From positions 1 to 44,342 of IMG/VR virus record IMGVR_UViG_3300037467_000252: a stretch of DNA of 44,342 bases; one strand, 5' to 3'. Below are positions 1-4,800 of this stretch, piece by piece; within the stretch, counting starts at the first letter, position 1; each line of letters begins with the position of its first letter. The translations under genes were made by a program, and so were the position numbers. Source of the DNA: a virus. The notes below the pieces were generated by a model that searched no databases, was not told the origin of the DNA, and saw nothing but the letters and a program-made list of their open reading frames with translations.

Positions 1-127
1 ACCAACGACCTCAGAATGTCTGATAGAAAAATGTGAGACGGCATCGACAAACTCCAGGCGGCCGGTCTCCCCCGTGCCCACGCGCGCCCGCGGTATCGCG
101 TAGGGGCGCCCTCGCGCGCACGGAGTG
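1..127. repeat. Left copy of an exact 127-bp terminal direct repeat (identical to 44216..44342)
   Basis: Read directly. Bases 1-127 (ACCAACGACCTCAGAATG...GCGCACGGAGTG) recur without mismatch as the last 127 bases of the window. Confidence 0.95.
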
Positions 128-148
128 GCAACCACGCGCGCCCGCGGT
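78..148 (+). repeat. 17-bp direct repeat CCACGCGCGCCCGCGGT (78-94 and 132-148)
   Basis: Two exact copies. One lies inside the 127-bp terminal repeat and one just outside it. Confidence 0.9.
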
Positions 149-229
149 GGTCTATCTCCACACCTTCCACCACCACACTGGTCTAACCCATTGATTTCAC
201 TAGGGGTGTGGGAGATCTGACATCCCAAC

Positions 230-512
230 GCGCACCACTCGCGCACCATACGCGCGCATGATGGGGCACTAGATCTGGTAGCCTAGTGGCCTAGAAAGGC
301 ACGACAGGCACAAGATGTTGTGCCGTGCGCTTGGTGTGGGGTGTATCAATCCGTTTTCGCACGCCTAGCGCACCATTGGCGCACCACAAGCGCACCACAA
401 GCGCACGCCTAGCGCACCACAAGCGCCACGCTGGCACAGCCCTTCAAGCGCACCACAAGCGCACCGGTAGCGCACCGATCGAACCGCTTCGGCACAGCCC
501 TTCAAGCGCACC
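230..512 (+). repeat. Array of at least 11 same-strand GCGCACC(A) motifs, partly in 11-bp phase
   Basis: GCGCACC starts at 230, 241, 368, 379, 390, 412, 448, 459, 470 and 506, with a variant GCGCACG at 401. The runs 368-412 and 448-470 are spaced exactly 11 bp. An AT-rich tract follows at about 575-640. Confidence 0.85.
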
Positions 513-513
513 A
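433..513 (+). repeat. 23-bp direct repeat GGCACAGCCCTTCAAGCGCACCA (433-455 and 491-513)
   Basis: Two exact copies embedded in the GCGCACC array. Confidence 0.9.
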
Positions 514-930
514 TTTCGACGGCTCACAGCCTACCCAAAACACCGCCACAAGCGCCACAAACGCACCGCCACGTGATTTTTTTTCGTTTGTTTTGACAGT
601 GGCTTAGGCCTCATTTCGAGGTCCATCAGTGATTTTTTTGGAATGCAGGGGTGGACAGCATTCCGGGATGGGATTACAACTCTGTCCATCGGCAGCGGCA
701 ACGCAGCCGGTCAGACCGAAGGAAACGCCGTGCGGGGCACCGGAGGTCGAGGTCTTTGACAATGTGCATCTAACGGCGCGCCGAAGGGCTCACCTAGAAC
801 GGGTGAGCGAGGCGGGTCGATAGGAACCAAGGGGACCGCTGTGAAGCGGGCTCGGGAGGGTTCCACACAACTCACAAGGCGCCATCAGGCGGGTGAGCTG
901 TGCCCTAACCCTTCCACCCTGGAGTTTCTC

Positions 931-1674
931 ATGAACGGTGCAATCATCTACCGCGGTCCCTCGATGCTGGACGGCGCTCCGATCGTGGTTGTGGCAACGG
1001 GCCTCGATGGCAAGTTTCGCAACTCTAAGACGGGCGCTCTCGTGCAAACCTGGATCATGCGGGACGATGTGAGCCCGGTCGAGGCGGTCAAGTCTGGCCT
1101 CGATGCGTCCATCTGCGGGGGCTGTGCTCATCGTGGGACCATCGAGGCGGGCAAGAACGTCGGCCGGTCCTGCTACGTCAAGGTTTTCCAGGCCCCGCTT
1201 GTGGTCTGGAAGACGGCGAAGGCGGGCAAATACGAGACCGTCGAGGCGGGCGAACTGGCCTCGATTGGCGAAGGCAAGCGCATCCGTCTCGGCTCCTACG
1301 GCGATCCTGCCGCGGTGCCTATGGCGGTCTGGGATGCCTTCCTGGCGAAGGCGGATGCCTTCACGGGCTACACCCATCAGTGGCGCGAGGCGGATCTGTC
1401 TCGCTACGTCATGGCCTCCTGTGACAGCGAGGCGGACTACATCGAGGCGAAGGCGAGGGGGTATCGGACCTTCCGCATCCGTCCCTCGATTGAGGCGCCC
1501 TTGAACCGGCGCGAAGTGGTGTGCCCTGCCTCGAAGGAGGCGGGCTACAAGACAACCTGCGCAAGCTGTGTCGCTTGTGGCGGTCACGGGGCGAAGGCGA
1601 AGGCGGACATTGCCATCGTCATCCACGGACAGGCGGCCCAAACGAAGGCGTATGCCGCTCGAATTGCGGCCTGA
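931..1674 (+). CDS. Hypothetical Cys-rich early protein (first gene from the left end)
   Basis: Part of ORF 841..1674. ATG 931 has GGAG 6 nt upstream. The translation is protein-like with CGGCAH and CASCVACGG cysteine clusters. I recognise no family. Confidence 0.6.
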   Translation: MNGAIIYRGPSMLDGAPIVVVATGLDGKFRNSKTGALVQTWIMRDDVSPVEAVKSGLDASICGGCAHRGTIEAGKNVGRSCYVKVFQAPLVVWKTAKAGKYETVEAGELASIGEGKRIRLGSYGDPAAVPMAVWDAFLAKADAFTGYTHQWREADLSRYVMASCDSEADYIEAKARGYRTFRIRPSIEAPLNRREVVCPASKEAGYKTTCASCVACGGHGAKAKADIAIVIHGQAAQTKAYAARIAA

Positions 1675-1676
1675 TG

Positions 1677-1692
1677 TATGCACCATCGAGGA
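1677..1692 (+). promoter_or_regulatory. Weak variant of the CTATSCACC intergenic motif (TATGCACCATCGAGGA)
   Basis: Lies between stop 1674 and ATG 1702. It shares CACCATCGAGGA with the copy at 42234. Confidence 0.3.
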
Positions 1693-1701
1693 TCATTCGA
1701 C

Positions 1702-1815
1702 ATGCTCAAAGAAACCGACACCACACCGGTGCTGATCGAGGCGGGCGAGTACTTCGCCCTCTCAGCCTCGGTCCTCGGCTCGATCCTCTTCGGAGTGATC
1801 ATGTTCATCCACTAA
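1702..1815 (+). CDS. Small hydrophobic protein (37 aa)
   Basis: ATG with GAGGA 9 nt upstream. Translation is MLKETDTTPVLIEAGEYFALSASVLGSILFGVIMFIH. It falls below the ORF-track length cut-off. Confidence 0.35.
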   Translation: MLKETDTTPVLIEAGEYFALSASVLGSILFGVIMFIH

Positions 1816-1816
1816 A

Positions 1817-1874
1817 GGGCGAAACTAGGCGGGCACCCGTCTAGTCCAGGCGTGAGGCGCCTGCTGATGAGCCC
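1817..1874 (+). ncRNA. Hammerhead ribozyme motif, type II (HH1); predicted scission after C1846
   Basis: GGGC 1817-1820. GAAA 1821-1824. Stem III 1824-1832 with 1837-1845. GUC 1844-1846. Stem I CAGGCG 1847-1852 with CGCCUG 1858-1863. CUGAUGA 1864-1870. GCCC 1871-1874 pairs with GGGC. Confidence 0.75.
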
Positions 1875-1914
1875 ATCAGTCAACTCTTGGCCCACCTACA
1901 GGCGAGACAGAGCC

Positions 1915-2109
1915 ATGGAAATCGTTCACCTTGTGCATCTGGTCGGTGAGTACAACGAGGTCATTGGCGTCTTCGCCAATACGCTCTTCGCGGTGTCCCT
2001 GCTCCATGGCGGGCACCACTACATCATGGTCCATGTCCGCCGCTGGCGCATCGCCAAGCGCAAGGGCCACCCGGTCAACAAGGCCGAGGAGATCCGCGAG
2101 CTGATCTAG
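1915..2109 (+). CDS. Hypothetical protein (64 aa)
   Basis: Internal ATG of ORF 1852..2109. The longer form would run through HH1. Confidence 0.45.
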   Translation: MEIVHLVHLVGEYNEVIGVFANTLFAVSLLHGGHHYIMVHVRRWRIAKRKGHPVNKAEEIRELI

Positions 2110-2132
2110 GCGGGCTCGCACAGCTTCCCACA

Positions 2133-2197
2133 GGGCGAAACGTCGGGCGCCGGTTCGGTGCCCTTCGTCCAGGCGTCAAGCGCCTGCTGATGAGCCC
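2133..2197 (+). ncRNA. Hammerhead ribozyme motif, type II (HH2); predicted scission after C2169
   Basis: GGGC 2133-2136. GAAA 2137-2140. Stem III 2140-2152 with 2156-2168 (2x2 internal loop). GUC 2167-2169. Stem I 2170-2175 with 2181-2186. CUGAUGA 2187-2193. GCCC 2194-2197. Confidence 0.75.
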
Positions 2198-2222
2198 ATC
2201 AGAATGTCCGAAGGAGCACAGT

Positions 2223-2321
2223 ATGCACGCTCTTGAGTTGCTGGGAGCCCTGTTCCTGGCGGTCGGTGCCACCACCGGTCTCGCCTTCGCGCTGGTCTAC
2301 TTCGCGGAGGAGTACCTGTGA
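2223..2321 (+). CDS. Small membrane protein (32 aa)
   Basis: AAGGAG lies 6 nt upstream of the ATG. Translation is MHALELLGALFLAVGATTGLAFALVYFAEEYL. Confidence 0.35.
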   Translation: MHALELLGALFLAVGATTGLAFALVYFAEEYL

Positions 2322-2488
2322 TGCCGACCTATCGCATCGAGAAGGTTCGCAGCGGCTGGGCCGTGACTGCGGACCATGGCGAGGCGTCACCAACCTTCCT
2401 CGCCAAGTACGACACCCGCAAGCAGGCCCGCACCATGGCTCGGCTCATGGCGGGCTGGCGCGGTCGAGTGGTGGAGGTGCGGGCATGA
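2321..2488 (+). CDS. Hypothetical protein (55 aa)
   Basis: TGATG overlap with the previous ORF. Translation starts MPTYRIEKVRSGWAVTADHGEASPTFLAKYDTRKQART. Confidence 0.4.
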   Translation: MPTYRIEKVRSGWAVTADHGEASPTFLAKYDTRKQARTMARLMAGWRGRVVEVRA

Positions 2489-2568
2489 TCCTCGTCATCA
2501 CCCTCGCCATCCTCGCCATGGGCTGTGTCGGCCTCCTCGTCTGTGACTGGGGGGAGGACGACCAGTGA
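2485..2568 (+). CDS. Tiny membrane protein (27 aa)
   Basis: ATGA overlap with the previous ORF. Translation is MILVITLAILAMGCVGLLVCDWGEDDQ, the tail of track ORF 2233..2568. Confidence 0.3.
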   Translation: MILVITLAILAMGCVGLLVCDWGEDDQ

Positions 2569-2789
2569 TCGACCCACAAGGCGCTCTCATCATCCTCTGG
2601 CTGGTCTTCTGCGCCGGCTGGATCGCCTACTGGGCCGGTGGTTGCCTCTGGCGCAACATCATCCGCCCCTGGCTGGAAATCTGGCGCAGCACAGAAGGCT
2701 TCGGCCGGCTCGTGCTGGTCTACCTCTCCCTCTGCATCGTGGTGCCGGTCGGGCTGGCGCTCCTGACCTTCTTCGGGCGGCACCATTGA
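2565..2789 (+). CDS. Membrane protein (74 aa, two hydrophobic segments)
   Basis: Track ORF. GTG start overlaps the previous stop (GTGA). Confidence 0.5.
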   Translation: MIDPQGALIILWLVFCAGWIAYWAGGCLWRNIIRPWLEIWRSTEGFGRLVLVYLSLCIVVPVGLALLTFFGRHH

Positions 2790-2962
2790 GGATCAAGCCT
2801 CTGTTCCAACGAGGCGACTTCGCCATCGGCCAGCGCATCCTCTTCGGTGCGCCGGTCATCAAGGGCACGGTGACCGCGGTGCGGCCGACCATGCTCTCGG
2901 TCCTGACGGAGGCGGGCGAGAACAAGCTCATCGCCTTCGTCCAGGTCCGCGCGACGCTCTAA
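2786..2962 (+). CDS. Hypothetical small protein (58 aa, possible TTG start)
   Basis: The tail of ORF 2525..2962 is protein-like (RIKPLFQRGDFAIGQRILFGAPVIKGTVTAV...). TTG 2786 overlaps stop 2787-2789. Confidence 0.3.
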   Translation: MRIKPLFQRGDFAIGQRILFGAPVIKGTVTAVRPTMLSVLTEAGENKLIAFVQVRATL

Positions 2963-2964
2963 GC

Positions 2965-3029
2965 CCGCCTGAAGAGGCCCCTGACGAGGGCCGAAACCTC
3001 CTCTGGTTGTGAGCCAGGGGCGGTCGCGG
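2965..3029 (+). ncRNA. Hammerhead ribozyme motif, type I (HH3); predicted scission after C3025
   Basis: Stem I CCGC 2965-2968 with GCGG 3026-3029. CUGAAGA 2969-2975. Stem II GGCCC 2976-2980 with GGGCC 2988-2992. GAAA 2993-2996. Stem III 2996-3006 with 3014-3024 (one U-C mismatch, one G-U pair). GUC 3023-3025. Confidence 0.7.
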
Positions 3030-3060
3030 CATGTCCGCATGTATGCAGGAGTGGAATGCT

Positions 3061-3546
3061 ATGGCCAAAGTGAAGGTCTACTGGAACGTCCGCGCCGGCC
3101 TCTGGAGCGTCATGGATGCTCGCACCCGGCGGGTTCTCGGAAGCGCGACCCAGGTGCTGATTCGGGATGCAACATTTCTCGTAAGCGAGGCTGGACGAGA
3201 GCGTGTCAAGCGCGAACGCTGCAAAAACGTGCATGCCTTCGTAATAGGCGATTTGGAGGCCGCGATCTGGCACTCAGCGCCTGAGGGTGCTGCCGCTTGT
3301 GAATGGGACTGGAAGCCTATGCACAACAATTACCTCCGCAACGTTGCAAATCAGCGGGGGATAAGGGTCACGTACAATCCTTATAGGGATCAAGGGTTTA
3401 GGGAGGTGCTGTCCGGTCGGCCTGTGGACAACTCGCCGGCTGCCTACCTCACCTGGGACTGCGCCGGATCTGAGGACTTGACGCCTAAGCCTCGGGTGAT
3501 GATGTTCGACCCAGGATGCGAACACAACGAGAACAAAGCTGCCTGA
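3061..3546 (+). CDS. Hypothetical protein (161 aa)
   Basis: Internal ATG of ORF 3031..3546 with AGGAG 9 nt upstream. Translation starts MAKVKVYWNVRAGLWSV and includes KNVHAFVIGD. G+C is lower than in the flanks. Confidence 0.6.
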   Translation: MAKVKVYWNVRAGLWSVMDARTRRVLGSATQVLIRDATFLVSEAGRERVKRERCKNVHAFVIGDLEAAIWHSAPEGAAACEWDWKPMHNNYLRNVANQRGIRVTYNPYRDQGFREVLSGRPVDNSPAAYLTWDCAGSEDLTPKPRVMMFDPGCEHNENKAA

Positions 3547-3605
3547 CGAGGCCCGCGAGGGGCCGAAACCTAGGGAGTAATTAAAATGCTCCCGATGGTC
3601 GCAGC
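3538..3605 (+). ncRNA. Hammerhead ribozyme motif, type I (HH4); predicted scission after C3600
   Basis: Stem I GCUGC 3538-3542 with GCAGC 3601-3605. CUGACGA 3543-3549, where UGA 3544-3546 is the stop of the upstream ORF. Stem II GGCCC 3550-3554 with GGGCC 3560-3564. GAAA 3565-3568. Stem III ACC 3568-3570 and GGGAG 3573-3577 with CUCCC 3589-3593 and GGU 3597-3599. GUC 3598-3600. Confidence 0.75.
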
Positions 3606-3772
3606 CAAGGTGTCACACAAAAGTCACCAATGCTGACTCCGCTGCCTCTAAAAAACCCCACGGAGGGGGCAAACGGCCGCGGTGAAAGACGCACCCGGAG
3701 AGCTGTGCGAGGTAGGGATGCAACCCGGCCCGCTTACCGTGAGCGCCACAACCACAACAAGAGATCACGCTG

Positions 3773-4054
3773 ATGAGACGGGACAAGCTGAACGGTATCA
3801 GTCTCAGAATGCCGTTCGTTGGGGAGGTGACGCTGCTCACTCTCCAGGGCGATTGGAAGGGTGACGGAGAACACCCGCGGCCGTTCCTGTGCCGATACCA
3901 AGAGCCCAACGACCCAGCCGTGCAGTACAACATCGGCTGGCTATCTATCCTTCGCGATCCGCCGGGGGGTTCGATCGCGCACAACGGACTCGTGATCAAG
4001 GCGCTGGGTTGCGCCACGGCAGTGCGAGCCGTTATCCTCGCACTGATAAGCTAA
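3773..4054 (+). CDS. Hypothetical protein (93 aa)
   Basis: Track ORF. It is more protein-like than the overlapping minus-strand ORF. I recognise no motif. Confidence 0.35.
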   Translation: MRRDKLNGISLRMPFVGEVTLLTLQGDWKGDGEHPRPFLCRYQEPNDPAVQYNIGWLSILRDPPGGSIAHNGLVIKALGCATAVRAVILALIS

Positions 4055-4068
4055 CCACCCTAGGAACG
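4051..4068 (+). promoter_or_regulatory. CTATSCACC-family motif variant (CTAACCACCCTAGGAACG)
   Basis: Resembles the copy at 8450 (CGATGCACCCTAGGAATG). It lies upstream of the MarR-type gene. Confidence 0.35.
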
Positions 4069-4087
4069 TGATGCAGAGTCGCATACC

Positions 4088-4127
4088 TCCTCGGGTGAAT
4101 TGTTAACACATCCTTTCACCCGGAGGA
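4088..4127 (+). promoter_or_regulatory. Imperfect inverted repeat around a central GTTAAC (candidate operator or translational hairpin)
   Basis: TCCTCGGGTGA 4088-4098 pairs with TCACCCGGAGGA 4116-4127, with one bulged base. The right arm contains the GGAGGA Shine-Dalgarno of ATG 4133. Confidence 0.4.
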
Positions 4128-4132
4128 CGTAA

Positions 4133-4630
4133 ATGGGTCAACTAGACGTTGACGCTCTGAACGAGCGCAGTAAATCTGGCCTTCTGGCCACCATGGCCCT
4201 TTCAGGAGCGAACAGTGTGAGTGCGGGAGAACTGAAAAAGTTAATGGACCGCACACAGCGGGCACTGAAGTTCCAGCGGGAACAAGGTGATCTACTGACC
4301 CCACAGGCTCTGCAAATTATGTTCAACATAGCGTTAGAGCCCGGTATTACGATGCAGAACTTACAAAAGCCGACCGGGCTTAATCTTTCATCGGTCTCCA
4401 GAAATCTATCCGCCCTCGGGAAGTATCATCGTCTAGGGAAGGAAGGTCTGGACTTCTGCGAAACTGTGCAGGACCCAATCGAGCGGCGGCGCATGATCGC
4501 CTTCCTCACCAAGAAGGGCAGGGACTTCCTGTCCAACTACCTCACGATTCTGACGGGCGAGCCGGTCTGTATCGAGAGCCCTACGAGCCACGAGTGGCTT
4601 GCCCGGCGGCACCGCCTAGCGAGCCGCTGA
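4133..4630 (+). CDS. MarR-family winged-helix transcriptional regulator (candidate lysogeny regulator)
   Basis: wHTH signature ITMQNLQKPTGLNLSSVSRNLSALGK followed by ETVQDPIERRRMIAFLTKKGRDFL. Confidence 0.7.
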   Translation: MGQLDVDALNERSKSGLLATMALSGANSVSAGELKKLMDRTQRALKFQREQGDLLTPQALQIMFNIALEPGITMQNLQKPTGLNLSSVSRNLSALGKYHRLGKEGLDFCETVQDPIERRRMIAFLTKKGRDFLSNYLTILTGEPVCIESPTSHEWLARRHRLASR

Positions 4631-4638
4631 TCCTAACG

Positions 4639-4667
4639 CCCCTGAGGCTCTACCTCGGGGGCTTTAG
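4639..4667 (+). terminator. Hairpin CCCCUGAGG-CUCUA-CCUCGGGGG followed by CUUU
   Basis: 9-bp stem with one U-G pair. It lies between the MarR-type gene and the convergent tRNA. The U-tract is short. Confidence 0.4.
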
Positions 4668-4680
4668 GCCGTTGTGAGGA

Positions 4681-4769
4681 TGGTGGCGGCTGCGGGAATC
4701 GAACCCGCACACTGCTCTCGCAGCGAGGCATTTTAAGTGCCTTGCGTCTACCGGTTTCGCCAAGCCGCC
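4681..4769 (-). tRNA. tRNA-Leu, anticodon UAA, type II (long variable arm), CCA encoded
   Basis: The reverse complement folds by hand. Acceptor GGCGGCT/AGCCGCC. 3-bp D stem GCG/CGC. Anticodon stem AGGCA/TGCCT with loop CTTAAAA. 17-nt variable arm with stem GCTGC/GCAGT. T arm GCGGG-TTCGATT-CCCGC. Then ACCA. Total 89 nt. Confidence 0.85.
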
Positions 4770-4776
4770 AGCGGAC

Positions 4777-4794
4777 CTATCCACCATAGGAGAG
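4777..4794 (+). promoter_or_regulatory. CTATSCACC-family motif (CTATCCACCATAGGAGAG) immediately upstream of int
   Basis: It begins 8 nt beyond the tRNA 5' end. Its AGGAGAG doubles as the int Shine-Dalgarno. Confidence 0.45.
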
Positions 4795-4800
4795 CTTACC

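Noticed and set aside
368-480. Possibility that the short regular repeats form a CRISPR array.
   Set aside because: The repeat unit is only 7-11 bp with no spacers of CRISPR length, and there are no cas genes. It is a tandem or phased motif array.
325-576. 83-aa + strand ORF (…APLAHHKRTTSARLAHHKR…).
   Set aside because: The periodic AHHKR peptide is simply the GCGCACCACAA DNA repeat read in frame. There is no ribosome-binding site and it lies in the non-coding left-end repeat array.
593-784. Two perfect TTGACA hexamers (593-598 and 756-761) as host early promoters.
   Set aside because: No acceptable -10 hexamer lies 16-18 bp downstream of either (TCGAGG and CGCCGA). They may still matter if the host uses a non-E. 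coli-like consensus, but the sequence alone does not support a call.
2981-2996. Alternative reading of HH3 using the CUGACGA at 2981-2987 as the catalytic core.
   Set aside because: With that register the following GGGCC cannot form a stem II. Using CUGAAGA 2969-2975 instead, every helix and core base falls into place and the layout matches HH4.
3645-3668. Minus-strand terminator-like element (CCCC-UCCGU-GGGG followed by U6 when read on the minus strand).
   Set aside because: The stem is only 4-5 bp, and there is no credible minus-strand gene upstream of it. The overlapping minus ORF 3613-4017 translates to a Ser/Pro/Gly/Cys-rich string that is not protein-like.
3770-3776. A further CUGAUGA heptamer that might mark a fifth hammerhead.
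   Set aside because: No C-GAAA element, no stem II or III pairing and no GUH site can be placed around it. It simply contains the ATG of ORF 3773-4054.
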